This document shows positions 1-13,930 of a stretch of 64,000 bases of DNA, one piece after another. The notes beneath the pieces were generated by a model that saw nothing but the letters and a program-made list of their open reading frames with translations, searched no databases and was not told the DNA's origin. The DNA is from the human T2T-CHM13v2.0 reference genome, Homo sapiens. A program made the position numbers and the translations under genes. The first letter of the stretch is position 1. Every line of letters starts with the position of its first letter. The stretch lies in assembly GCF_009914755.1 (NCBI RefSeq), contig NC_060929.1; one strand, written 5' to 3'.

Positions 1-3000
1 ACATAAAAAACAACAAGCCCCGGGAAGTGGGGGGCATCTGATTTCCAGAGTCTCCACATTCAAAATGTCCAGTTTCCAACAAAAAATACAAAGCATGCAA
101 AATAACAAGAAAGGATGGTCCACTCACAGGAAATAAAAAAGACCTTCCCTGAGGAAGCCTAGACACCTCATGTGCCAGACAGAGATTTTAAATAAATTGT
201 CTTAAATGTGTTCAAAGAACTAAAAGAAACCATGGGCAAATAACGTAAGTAAAGCAAGAACATAATGTATCACAAAATAGAGAATATCAATAAAGAAATA
301 GAAATTATAAAAAGGAACCACAAACAATTTTGGAGCTGAAAAGCATAATAACTGAAATAAAAATTTCAATAGATCAGTTCAATAGCAGATTTGAGCAGGC
401 AAACAAAGAATCAGCAAACTTACATTATCAGCAATCATCCAATCTGAGAAGTAGAAGGAAAAAGAATGAGGAAAAAGGAACAGAACCTAAGAGATCAAGT
501 ACACCAAAATACAAAAAATGAGAGTTCAAGAAAGAGAATAGAGAAACAAAGGGGCATAAAGAATGTTTGAAAAAACAATGGCTCCAAATTCCCCAAATTT
601 GATAAAAAGAACATGATTCTACACATCCAAGGAGCTCAATGACTCCAAGTTTGAAAACTCAAAGAGTTACATCAAGATACATTGTAATCAAATTGTCAAA
701 AGACAAAGACAAAAAGAGAGTCTTGAAATCCACGAGAGAGGAGCAGCTTGCCACATATACAAGGGCTCTCAATGAGCTTAACAACTGATTTGTCATCAGA
801 AACAATAAAGGCCAGAAACCAACGGGATGACATATTTAAGGTGCTGAAAAAAATACTGTCCTGCGGCTAAAAATTCCAACAAAACTATCCTTCAAAAATA
901 CAAGAAAAATTAGACACTTTCAGAGAAACAAAAACTGAGAGAGTTTGTTTTCTAGTTGACCTGCCCTCCAATAAGTGTTAAAGAAAGTCCTTCAGGTTGA
1001 AATAAAAGGACAGAAGACAGTAACTCAAAGCCATATGATGAAATGAAGAATACTAATAAAGGGAACCCCAAAATCTTCGTTTGTAACTCTTCTCTTTTTT
1101 CCTATATGATTTAGTCTATAGATGCATAAAGCAATAATTATAAATCTACATTAATAGACACACATGTATGAAATGTAACAATATTATAATAAAGGGTGGG
1201 GAAGACAGAGCTGTATAGGAGCAAAGCATTTTGTATACTATTGACACTAAGTTGATATCAATTCAAACAAAATTGTTATGTGTTTAAGATAATAGCTGTA
1301 ATTCCCAGGATAACCAATAAGACCATAGCTTTTAAATATACAGCAAAATAAATGAAAACATGAATCAAAACAGTACACTAAAAAACAATGTGTTAAACAC
1401 AAAAGAAGGAAATATTTGAGGAATTGAGGAATAAAGAATATGACATATACAAAACAAATAGCAGATAGCAGAATTCAGTCCCTCCTTATCAGTAATTATT
1501 TAAATACAGATGGACTAAATGCTGCAATTAAAATTCAGAGAATGGGAGAATGGATTAAAAAATCCCAAGATATAATCCAACTATATGCTTATCCACAGGG
1601 GACCAAATTTAGATTCAAAATACACAAATAGTTTGAAAATGAAAAGATGGATAAAGAAATGCTATGCAAATAGAAACCAGAAGAGACCTGGGATGGCCAT
1701 ACTAATATCAGACAAGATAGACTTCAAGTCCAAAAATTTTACAACAAAGAACAGCATTATATATTGATGAAAGAGTCAATCCACCAAGAAGATATAACAA
1801 TTATAAACATAAACACACCTAACAACAGAATCCCAAAATCTATGAAGCAAAAACTGACAGAATTGAAGATGGAAATAGACCATTTTACAATAATAGCTGA
1901 AGACTTCAATATTCCACTTTCAAAAATGGATAAAACAACCGGCACATGATCAGTAAGAAAATAGAGGACATGAACAACACTGTAAATCAACTAGACCTGA
2001 CAGACATACATAGAGCACCCCACTCAACAGCGGCAGAATGTGTATTCTTCTCATGTATGATGATCATTCTCCAGGATAGGTCATATGTTAGGTCACAAAA
2101 CAAGTCTCAATAACCTTAAAGAGACTGAAACCATACAAAGCATCTTCTCCAACCACAGTGGAATAAAACTAGAAATCAATGACAGAAGAAACCCTTTAAA
2201 AATTCACAAATATGTAGAAATTTAACAATATTCTCTTAAAGAACCATTAGGTCAGGTAATATGTTACAAGATAAATTAGAATATATAATAAATAATAAAT
2301 CTTGAGACAAATGAAAATAAAAACACAACATACCCAAAACTTAAAGGACATACAAAAGCAGTGCCCAGAAGAATATTTATAGCTTCAAATTCCTACATTA
2401 AAAATAATAAAGATCTCAAATCAATAACCTAACTTTACACATGAAGGAACCAGAAGAAAAGCAACAGAAACTCAAAGCTAGCAGAAAAAAGGAAATAATC
2501 AAGATTATAGTGAAGGTAGACAAAATAGAGAATTGAAAAACAATAAGAAGACTCAATGAAACCAAAAGCTGGTTCTTTGAAAGATCAACAAAACTGACAA
2601 ACATTTAGCCAAACTGACCAAGATAAAAAGAGAGAAGGCTCCAATTACTAAAATCACAAACAAAAGTGGGGACATTACTACCGACCTTATAGAAATAAAA
2701 ATGATTATAAGAGAATATTATGTACAATTGTATACGAACAAATTAAATAACCTAGAAGAAATGGACAAATTCCTAGCAACACAGAAACTACCAAAATTGA
2801 CTCAAGGAGAAATGGAAAATTTGTACAGATCTATAACAAGTAAAGAGCTTGAATCAGTCATCAAAAACTCCCAATAAAGAAAAACCTAGGACCAGATGGC
2901 TTTACTGGGAATTCTACCTATCACTTAAAGAATTAATATCCATCTTTCTATGAGGCCAGCATTACCCTGATACCGAAACCAGACAAAAACATCATAAGAA

Positions 3001-3665
3001 AACTACAGACTAATGTCTCTTATAAATATAGGTGCAAAAATCCTCAATGATATTCTAGCAAACCAAATTCAGCAGCATATTAAAAGGCTTATATACAATC
3101 ACCAAGTGGGATTTATCCGTGGAATGCAAGAGTGGTTCAACACACAAAAATCAATCCATATAATACACTACATTCATAAAATGGAGGAAAATAAACCACA
3201 CAGTCATCTTGGTTGATGCAGAGAAAGCATTAGACAGAACCCAACACCCTTTGTGATCAAAAAATACTCAAGAAACAAGGACTAGAAGGGAAATTCCTCA
3301 GCATGATAAAGGGTATTTACGAAAAGCCAAAAGTACTCATCATGGTCAACTGTAAGACTGGAAGCCTGCTCTCACCACCTGTATTCAACATAGTACCGGA
3401 CATTCTAGTCAGAGCAATTCAGCAAGAAAAAAATAAATAAATAAAAGGCATCCACATTGCAAAGGAAGAAGTAACACTTCTTGAGGGAAAATGGGGAATG
3501 ATGGCTCGTGGGTACAGGGTTTCTTTTGGGAGCAATGAAAATGATCTAAAGTTGACTGTGGTGATGGTTGCACAGCTGAGTGAATATAGTAAAAATTATG
3601 GAATTATGCGCCCGAAACGCTGAACTACAGCATATGTGAATTACAGCTCAATAAACCCACCATAA
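1..3665 (+). mobile_element. Old L1 (L1M-type), degenerate ORF1, inter-ORF region and ORF2 (EN to RT), joined to an L1M 3' end
   Basis: A-rich plus strand. ORF fragments ELKSIITEIK...NSRFEQA (ORF1), LNTDGLNAAIK, AILISDKIDFK, IHQEDITIININTPN...IIAEDFNIPLS (EN) and [23 protein letters not shown] (RT). The 3'-end-like gggtacagggtttcttttggg...ctcaataaa lies at 3480-3660. Confidence 0.95.
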
Positions 3666-4179
3666 AGGAAAGATTAAACAATGATCTACTCCTTACCTCT
3701 GTTCTCAGAGCCATTTCCAGCCCAGCCCAGGCCCCAGGCAACCCTCTGTGGGTGACGCAGCATTACCTGCTTTCTGGCTGTCCAGTGTTGTGTAGCGCAA
3801 GGCCCTGGGAGGCCACTGGGTTGGTCATGCGGTAACCAAGAAGGGGAGCAAGTAGTTGGGTGACAAACCCTGTACATCTGCTCCTAACTTTCGAAACCTG
3901 GCTGATGGGAGGCCAATGTCACCCTCTAACGCCCTCCCATAGCAGCCTCGGCTTGTCTTCTGACAGTGGCACTGTCCACCCACAGGCATCACGCATCCTG
4001 CCCGCACATTGCTTCCGCCAGTGGAGCCCCAGCTGAAACACTAGACAGGAGAGAAGTCCAGAGATCCTGCTCACTCTAGGGAAGGAGAAAGACCTCTTCA
4101 GCTTGTCCTGCCTCGGCAAAGGCAAAGCCTCATGCATTTGCTCACTCCTCCCTCCCAGGGCTCAGCCGGCACCTGAAGC

Positions 4180-4335
4180 TAGTGTAGCAGAAAGAGCCCA
4201 ATTCTGCATCAGGCGGGCCTGGGTTCAAATCCCAGATCCTCCACTTTCTAATTGTGCCATCTCTGAGCCTTCCATCCCTTACCTAGAAACAGAGTTCTTT
4301 CCACCCATGCCCTTGTGAGACAGCGTAAGTGAAAA
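4180..4335 (+). mobile_element. MIR SINE
   Basis: gtgtagcagaaagagc...cctgggttcaaatcccag...ctctgagcct, i.e. MIR B-box and core. Confidence 0.7.
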
Positions 4336-4709
4336 TGACATCCACACGGTACTGGAAGCAGAGCTGCTAGAAACCCAGCCAGGCAGGGTTTGAACTTGTT
4401 ATCTCCAAAAAGTCTCAGGAATCGTATTTCTGCCTGATGGTGACCTACTTCAGCAAGGACCCAATGTAGAAATTACTCTGCCACCAAAAAAGCAGGCCTC
4501 AGACCCCCTCCATCACCTCCCTAATTTATGAATTAAACAACGAGGCCAGTGCCTGAGGGGTCTGCAGATGAGAGTCAGAAACCAGCAGCCCCCCACCCCA
4601 CAGAGACAGGTCCCTGCTAACTAGACACAAGAAATGGCCTTCTGGGGTGTCTCTGCGTGTTCTGTGTATGGTGACCTAGCCCCGGCCCTCCAGGAGGGAC
4701 ACTACGTGC

Positions 4710-4850
4710 AGGACATTTTGGAAAACAGTCTTGGTGTTTCCTCAAAAAGTGAAACACTGTGTTATCATGTGAGCCAGCAATTCTCCTAGGCATATACCTA
4801 AGAGTAATGAACATATATGTACACACAAAGACTTGTCCACAAATGGCCAT
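4710..4850 (+). mobile_element. L1M ORF2 3' fragment
   Basis: ttttggaaaacagt...ccagcaattctcctaggcatatacc...acacaaagacttgt is typical L1 ORF2 C-terminal sequence. Confidence 0.8.
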
Positions 4851-5011
4851 CGAGGAGAAGCTGGCCACAGAGAAGATGGCCCAGAGAGGAGGTGCTGTGT
4901 GCAGAAGCAGCTCTGGGAGGAAAGACGTGCACAGGCCAAATTCAGATTACTGACACTTTTTTTTTAATGCAGAGATTGTCTGCAGAATTACCTATTTTTG
5001 ACTTATCTTGA

Positions 5012-5413
<402 letters not shown>

Positions 5414-6450
5414 TTGTCTCACTGATTTCTGATCTTATTTTGTATTATCTTTTTCCTTCTATTTTCTTTGGATCAATGTTGCCTTTTTCTAACTACTCAC
5501 ACTGGAAATTTATCTCTTTAATTTTTAGACCTTTTTCTTTTCTAATGTAAATTTCCATCCACGTTTTGATATTTAGTGCTTTTATTATCATTGAGTTGTA
5601 TTTTTGAAGTTCCACTATTATTTCTTCTTTGACCCATGAATTATTTAAAAGTATTTTTTTTTAATTTCCAAATAATGGGGATTTTTGCTTTGGGGGCTAT
5701 TAATTTCTCTCTCACAGGCATGATGGTCAGGGAACAAGACCTGCTGACACTATTCTTTTAGTTTCTGTGAGATTTGCACTTAATTGACCAGTTGTTACAA
5801 GTGTTTCCTATGTGCTTGAGAAAAAGAAATAACCTCTACTTGTCAGATGCAAAATTCATCAATGTCAAGCTTATTATTTGTGTTATTTAGAACTTCCTTA
5901 TCTGTGCTGGGTTTTTTGTCTACTTGATCCAACACCAATTGGAAAAAAATGGTTGGATTCTCTCAAAAATGATGATAAATTTGTCAATTTCTCTATTTCT
6001 AACAAAGTTCACGTCAAATATGTTGAGGTTATTTTATTAAGTGACTCTACCTTTAGAACTGCTTTATCATCTTGGGGAAATGAACCTTTTCTCATTAAAC
6101 GGTGACCTGTCTTTCCCCAGCAGCGTCTCCTGTCTTGAGGTCTGTTGAGTCTGAGATTGATACAGCAATGTCGGCTTGCCTTTGGCGGCCTGATAGGTCT
6201 GTTTCCATACTTTACTTTCCACTTTTTCTTGCCTTTACACTTTACTCTGGTGATAGCGTCCAGCCAGATTTTGAATTTGGGGTTTGTCTCGTTTGTCAGA
6301 TATGACAGCCTCTGTCTTTGAATTTGTGAGTTTAATCCATTTACATTTACCTGGATTATTGATAAATCTGGGCTTGTTTCTCCCATCTTACTCTATGATC
6401 TCAATTTGTCTTGGTTTTTCTGTCCTTTTTTCTCCTTTATAATTTGTCTT
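5414..6450 (-). mobile_element. Old L1 (L1ME-like) ORF2 5' fragment
   Basis: T-rich plus strand. The minus ORF 6009-6386 begins LSIIQVNVNGLNSQIQRQRL, the L1 endonuclease N-terminus. Confidence 0.85.
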
Positions 6451-6451
6451 A

Positions 6452-6954
<503 letters not shown>

Positions 6955-7399
6955 TCATCGGCTCCAGTCCAGTCCCTGCACCAGCTGCTCATGGGCCTTT
7001 CTCTCTGGGGTGGGGCTGGGAGCTGTGGTTCCTGCTGCTGTGTCCTGCACTACTCCACATTTCCCAGTTCAGAGGTGATCGGAGCCCCCTCTAATATATG
7101 CCATCCCAGGGCGGGGCAGCAGGGCACAAGGCCACTTCAGTGTCAACACGGATCTCACTGCAGGAACTAGGAGGGGCCTCCCTTAGGAAGAGGCACTCTG
7201 GACTGTTTTAACCACAGTCCCCACTTCTCCCTCCTGTCTCACAGTCCCGAGCTTCATACACACACGCTGCTGCCTATTCTGGAATTATGCAGTATTATTA
7301 TTTTATATTCATGTCGCTGGGCATATGATGCTCCCATGACAAGGGGCCCTGGAGCTTTTAGATCAATCCTTAGAAGGACTCCAGCCAGACCCCAAAGGC

Positions 7400-7648
7400 C
7401 ACATATTATCAATTGGGTTTCTATGAAGTATACAGAATAGGCAAATCCAAAGACACAGGGAGTAGATTAGTGGTCACTATGAGCTGGGAAGGGGAATGGG
7501 GAGTGACTGCTCTGGGTGCAGGGTTCCCACTGGGGTGATGAAAACATTTTGGAACTAGATGGTGATGATGGCTGCACAACACTGCCAAAAACCACTGGAT
7601 TACACACTTTCATACTCATATGTATTATAGTCCATTGATTTTTAAAAG
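7400..7648 (+). mobile_element. L1M 3' end fragment
   Basis: agaataggcaaatcca...gattagtggt...ggggtgatgaaaacattttggaactag. Confidence 0.85.
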
Positions 7649-7944
7649 GTCAGAGGAAGCAACTCAAATGCTTGTAGGAGGTCAGAAGAGGCCCAGATGG
7701 GTGAAGTCGGGGGGGCGTGCAGATTAAGCCCACAAGAATATTCTCTAAGCTACCAGGTCACACACACACTCCCTCTCACTGTCCCTGAAGCCCATAGCCC
7801 CCTCTGCCTGACTCTCCTATCAACTGTTGATGGCGTCAAAGATGCACAGAAATATATTTTGGCTGAAAGAAACACAACAGGGCACAATGAGGAAGGGCTG
7901 CCAAGCAGCCTATTAGCAGCATTTGTCATGGTTCATCTGGGAGT

Positions 7945-8050
7945 CTGCCTTTTCCCCCAGCCAGACTCTTCAGGGACAGAGACCAGATTGTTCATACTCA
8001 GTGCCCAGCAGGGCGCTGGCCTGGGGTGCTTGCAGACACTGACTGGATGA
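7945..8050 (+). mobile_element. L2 3' end
   Basis: cagggacagagacc...ttgttcat...gtgcccagcagggcgctggc...gactggatgaatg resembles the L2 3' terminus. Confidence 0.55.
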
Positions 8051-8368
8051 ATGGATGGATGGATTGGGTGGATGAATGAGTGTGTAGATGAATGGATGAT
8101 GAATGATGGATGGATGGATGGATGATGGATGAATGAATGGATAAATAATTGGATGGATGGATGGGTAGATGGGGGATGGGTAGATGGATGAGTAAGTAGA
8201 TGAATGGAGATCAATGATGGATGGATAGATGGATGGATGAATGAGTGGGTAGACGAATGAATACACGATGGATGAATGAATGGATAAATGATTGGATAGA
8301 TGAATGGATGGACGGATGACAGATGGATAAATGGATGAATGATTGGATAGATGGATGAATGGGTAGAC
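8044..8368 (+). repeat. Imperfect (TGGA)n/(TGAA)n simple repeat
   Basis: About 325 bp of ggat/gaat tetramers. Confidence 0.95.
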
Positions 8369-9625
8369 AGAAAGACTCTGATACTGGAAAGTGAATCCTT
8401 CACATCCATGGCAAGTGAACCGGGTAACAAAGTCAGAGGCAAGACCATAGCAGCGTCATTTGTCACTGTTGCCATTTATACACATTTTTGGGGCAGAATC
8501 GGTCATGCTTGACCACAGGTCATCTCTAGAGGGTGAGGATTGGGGGTCAGGAACTGTGGGGTGGGCTCAGGGCTAGGGCTGCCGATGTGGCCTTTGTGCC
8601 TGTGAGCAGACTGCATTTCCATCAGCCTCATCCCCATCTTCCCTCTCTGCCTCCACCAGTGAGTTCAGATCCTTCCTACAATTCAATCTTGGGGTCCCCT
8701 CACTTTCTGTCCCATCTCCCAAGACCTGGCTGGGGCCTGACTCAGAATGGGGTCAGCAAAGCCCTGAGGTAGAGCCGTCTCCCAAGATTATGGCCTGGCT
8801 GGGGCCCGCCTCACCTCCATTCAAAGGACACCATGTGGAAAACCAATGTGCCCCCAAGCAGGGGTGGCACGGCACAGACACTGATGGCACAGGGGCCACT
8901 TCTTGCTCCTTCCTGGTGTCTTCATCCTCGGGGATCAGGGGCTCTGCAGCAGCAGGCAGGGCTGGGCAGCCCTGGAGTGTGTGACACAATTCGGGCACTG
9001 TGACCCTACTGGACCCCTTTGCACAGATGCTGCTGGGCCTAGGAACTGGCTGCTCCCCACTGGCTGCTCTGGTAGGCCCTGGGGTCTGCCTACACCCCCA
9101 ACACATGAGCATGGGCAGGTACCCACCAGTCTCCTTCTCTGTCCCCAGCCTCTCCCGCAGCTTGGCCTTGGTCCACCGTGGACAGCGTCTCTGACACGGT
9201 CCTTCTTCCCACAGGGAGACCGGGAGGGTCTTGTTCTGCCCTCAGAGCAGAGGCCCCAGGCTCCTTCAGGTGGGAGCACAGGTGCCTTTCGCACAGGGCC
9301 CAGCAGCCAGCTCAGCCCACAGAACAGTAAGCCGCCAGGTCCCAAGTTGTCATCTTGTGACCCGCCCCTGGGGACACGGGTGCCCAACAGGAAAGAGGAC
9401 GGGGGCTTATTATAAGGAAAATAGTGTCAGGCCTGCCATGGAGCTTTGGGCCTGAGGCCTCAGCTGAGGCCAAGGCAGCAGGACTCATCCAGAGACAGGA
9501 CAGACCCTGGGCTCCTGGTGCCCAGCTCAGGGAAGCTCCTGGGTGCGGCTCGGTTCACTCCAGCATTTCCTACATGGATGAAGATGTGGATGTGTCTGCT
9601 CTGACCATGGGTGTGTGCATGCCTG

Positions 9626-9667
9626 CGTGTGTGTGAGAGAGAGAGAGGAGAGAGAGACGGAGAGAGT
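9626..9667 (+). repeat. (GT)n(GA)n microsatellite
   Basis: gtgtgtgtgagagagagagaggagagagagacggagagag. Confidence 0.85.
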
Positions 9668-10959
9668 TTATGTACGTGTAACTACCAACCAGAGTCCAGG
9701 AGTCTCACACTCCACTGCAAACCAGGCAGGCGGGGCCAGCATGAGTGGGGGGGCCAGGCACGAATCGGCAGGGAGGGAGGGGTTGTGTTCGCCCATCCAG
9801 AGGAGGCACAGAGCCTCCCACCCAGTGCTGCTGGCAGGAACACGCCCAGGGTGGCCAGGCCTTCTGAAGGAACTGAAAATTGAGATTTTCATGTGAAACC
9901 TCCTGATTTTTAAGTGTACACTCAACATTTCTGAAGCCGTTGTACGAGTCAAATAAAACATTGCGGGGTGGGGCGGCGAGGCCGCCCAAGAGCTGCAGGG
10001 CTGAGGCCTGGCTTTAGTCCAGCACCCCGATGTACATACAGACGAGAAGACTGAGGTCAGGCCAGAGCAAGGACTCCGCAGGCCAGGCCCACACTGGCGG
10101 CCCCGGCTGCCTGGCCCATCACTGGGGTCACCACAGCCCATGGGGAGCACCAAGGACACCAAGAAAGGGAGGCCCAGGCCTGGTCCCCGGGGTCTCTGTC
10201 ACCAAGGGCCCACATTGTGAGTTTCAAAGGTGGCCGAGGTGGTTCCTACAGGCCTGTGAGTCCCCACACTCCTTCCCAGTTCAAGGCCTCGGGACAAATC
10301 CAAGCCCAGCTTTGTCCTCGTGGTGATGAAGGCCAAGAATGCTGGGAGCTCCCGGGATATTGCCCAGAACAAAGGAGCACAGGCACCTGACGTTCTGGAC
10401 ACAAGGGCAGAACCCTCTTGAGACCATCATCGGCCGTTTGCTCTCCAGGCTGCGGGGGCCTGGAGGACATCCAGGCACGGGTATAGGTGCCGGGAGCCCG
10501 GGGAACAGAACCTCAGACCCGGAACTGGGCACCAGATGCACCAGCCGGGGGTCTGTCCGCCCAGCCCGGGGAGTCCAGGGGCTGCTCCGAACCCGGCGCC
10601 ACGCCTGCTCCCTCAGTGCCGCATCCAACAGCTCTGTCTGCCTGGGCTGGGGCCCTGCGCCCTCCCCGCTGCTGGCTCCCGCTGATGCGCTACAGATGGG
10701 CTTCATCGCTGCCTCCAAGAACAACAGGACGACCGCAGGTTTCGCCTCACAGAAACGGAACCGCTGGAAAGGCCTCTCTTGACATTCCCGAAAGGAAAAT
10801 AAAAATTCCTCTGAAGTACATTTCAACTCCGAGGCAGCCCTGGCCACATCCAAGAAGCTCGGTCCTGAGCGCCGTGGGCTCCAGTGAAGGTCCCCAGCAC
10901 TGAGGCCGCCTCCTGACCCCCATCCCGGCCACTGCCCCGGGCTGCTCAACCCTTACACG

Positions 10960-11055
10960 GCTTTCACAAATTTTGAATTAGCTGCCAACAGTTTAAAATG
11001 AAGAGATTGTAAGTAAAATCAATTTCCAGCTTCTCTTATAAAATTGGAGGCCCTC
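10960..11055 (+). mobile_element. MER102/MER103-like hAT-Charlie remnant
   Basis: ttgaattagctgccaacagtttaaaatgaagagatt...atttccagcttctctt matches the family core. Confidence 0.65.
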
Positions 11056-13022
11056 CTGCTGCTGGCCGACCCCGTGTCTACCTGGGCCCAGTGATCTCTG
11101 CTGGCGTCACCTGCCAGGCCCCCATCAGTGTGCCCATACGAGACCACTGTCCTCAGCGAACGCCTGACCCCCAGGCTCCAGGCAAGGTTGAGAGGACAGA
11201 TGCTCTCATCCTGGGGGCTCTGGCCTTCCTGGGGCCAGTGTTATCCAGCTCTGCCCTCCAGAGCCCTCTGCACACGCTGGGGCTGGGACTGCCCATGGCT
11301 GTGGGCTCTGATTTGGGTGGGCAGACCTGAGCAGGCCATCATGCTTCTTATTCCCAGCCTGACACCCCCAGACCGCCCCCCGCCAACCCAGACAATGTGT
11401 ACTGAACTCCTCGTCAACTTGACCCCTGAGCTCCTCCCCGCAGCCCACCAGGTGCTCCTGCTGTGGTTTGGGCAGCACCTAGTCCTTTTCGCCCTGCTGG
11501 ACGTCGCCTGGCCAGACTTGCAGAGCCATCTCAGCCCTTTGTTCTCCTGACTCCATCCCTCCAAGCCTGGCCACCCCAGCCTCGGCCCCAGCTCCTGCCA
11601 CGTGAATTGTCAAAGGCAGAGCATGAGGAGGCTGAAGGCAGCCCCCATGGCACACCCCACGGAGTCCCTGCAGTCGTCCAAAAAAGGCTCAAGCCTGGGC
11701 AGCATTGCTCGCAGCTAGGAATCTGCAGCTGGACTCAAATATGTGTCCAGAATGATCTGGGAAAGGTCCTTGAGAAAAGGGCCAGACACAGGGACCTTCC
11801 CAGGCCCGGATCCCACAGAGGAAATGATTCTAGCGAGCGCCACCTCGACAGGTCTGAGGTCCAGACAGGGGTGGAGCTGTCACAGGCAGCCGGGTGGGGC
11901 TGTGATCTGGGTCCTCCCAGCCTCACGGTGATTTGGAATGGGAATACGGTTCTGCCAGGCAAGGAGTATCCCCCTCTGACCAACCTGTGGACTGCCTACC
12001 AGGACTCCCAACACCCTTCCTGCACGATGGCGCTGAGGGGCTGATCCGGCCGCTGCTCTCATTCCCATGGCCACCTGATCCAGGCCGCAGTCTCTCCCTG
12101 CACACAGGACAGCAGCCTCCTGCCGGCTCCCTGCCTCTTCCGTGCTCACCCTCCTCGGAAACCAGACCATGCCACCTGCTGCATGGCACAGCCCCTCCTC
12201 CACGACGGAGCCCACAGAAGCCATCGTGATCTGACCTCCAGTCCCCTCAGGCCCTCACCCTGCCCCTCCTGCCACACCCCCAAACAAGCCCCGTCCTCAC
12301 CCCTCAGGTACTTCGCATCTGCTGCCCTGGCCCCTTTTCCTCCTGGGGAACTGCAACCCACACTCCAGGCCTCAGCCCAACGTCCAGTGACTGCGGGCTC
12401 ACTCTGTGGCACTTCCCAAGTCTTTCATTGTGCAGGTATTTGTGGACTGACTAGTGCACTGTGGGCTGTATGAGGTCAGGGCTGTGCCTGTCTGGTCCCA
12501 GAGCCTGGCCCAGTGCCCGGTCCTGCTGTGCGTGCCGGGTAAAGATCTGTTGGATGAATCAAGGGAGAGAGGAAGGGGAGCAGCCCTGGGATTCCACAGG
12601 TGCTTTATGTCCAGAGACAACCGCGCAGGGAACAGTGGCCAAGGCACGCTGGGAGCAGTGCTCCAGCCCGACGGCATCCCCAGGGCAGAGGCTGGGATTC
12701 ACGCATTGCTGCCCTCAGGCACCAAACGGGCCTGTGGCAGTCACAGGGGCACATTCCTGATACCGGGTCTGTCGTTCCAGCATGGACAGGGCCATCTTCC
12801 TCGCCATCTGCAGTCTGGCATCAGACATTCCCAAATAAAGGACAGACAGTTAACTGTCAGAAAGTGCTGGTGCTTGGGCCTGGAAGGAAGGGAGCCCGTG
12901 TCTACTGGGCACCCCCAATTTTGGCCACTGTGCAGTGCCCTGTGTCCTCAACCTCGGGGCCTGGACCACAGCTCCATGAGACCACAGGGAGGAAGCAGAG
13001 TCACAGAAGAAAGAGTGATGAA

Positions 13023-13179
13023 CAGCACTGGCCACTTGATTTGCAGGGCACAGTGCAAAATGGAAACGCACAGTCCCTTGTTCAAAAAGTGATTACGACT
13101 TCTAAGGCAGGAATGACAGAGTGTTAAAGTGGGCATAGGGCCCTGCCGGATGGGTCACAAGCCGGCGAAGTCAGTCCTG
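13023..13179 (-). mobile_element. MER45A-like hAT-Tip100 MITE
   Basis: gcagggcacagtgcaaaatggaaacgca...cccttgttcaaaaa. Imperfect TIRs cagcactggc and gtcagtcctg. Confidence 0.75.
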
Positions 13180-13399
13180 CTCAAGTGTGAGGAAGTGGGA
13201 CTAGCAAAGGCCCAGGGCCACCCAATGTCCCATGGGCCCATGGGACCAGTAGCCACCCACAGCTGCCAACCTGAGTCTGCAGCCCTGACACTGTGGCAAC
13301 AACAGGAGGCGTCAGTGCCAAGCCCTCCAATGCCTGCAGGGAGCAACTGTTGCTCCCGGAGTGAGCTCCTGGGCGACCGGGCTTCCTAGGCACTATGCT

Positions 13400-13500
13400 T
13401 ATTCTTTCTTTTCACGGATATTTACGCACCAACCGTGTGCCAGGCATTCCTCAAAATGCTGCAAATTCCACTGTAAGCAAAAGATTCTCCCCGAAGCTAA
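13400..13500 (-). mobile_element. L2 3' end
   Basis: ttcacggatatttacgcaccaaccgtgtgccaggcatt, antisense to the L2 terminus. Confidence 0.6.
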
Positions 13501-13679
13501 CGTGCTAAGTGACCTGGAGACACATCCTCACTCACCCTCGCTGGGCCCCAGTTTCTGCAGCCGTTAAGTGGAGTTCCAGGCCTTGGTGCTTGGAAGGCCC
13601 TCTGTCCAACAAACAGATGGGGTCACAGGCTACCGGGTTTTGCCAGCCCAGGCTCTGAGCGGGGACAGGAGGGCACTGC

Positions 13680-13930
13680 ACTGGGTGTCAGCAGCCCTGG
13701 GTTCTAAGCCTGCTCCTCCCTCCTGATGCAGGAGTCAAAAGGCCTGGCTCCCACTGTTTCTACAGCTTACTATCTGTGCAACCGTCGGCACCTCAGTTTC
13801 CTCATCTGTAACGTGGGCACAGCAAAAGCACCAACCCACCGTGGGGCTCATTACAAGAATCCTAGGAGATGATGTACCTGCAGCGTGCTGGCAGACGCGG
13901 TCAACGGTAAGTGCTCCAGGAACGCGTCAC
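13680..13930 (+). mobile_element. MIR
   Basis: Core cctcagtttcctcatctgtaacgtggg and the 3' ggtaagtgctc. Confidence 0.85.

Noticed and set aside
1-3475. Active L1 or domesticated reverse transcriptase
   Set aside because: Numerous stops, frameshifts and deletions; only ORF fragments of about 60-70 aa remain.
7933-8475. His/Pro/Ser/Ile-rich 180-aa ORF
   Set aside because: Translation of the (TCCA)n simple repeat.
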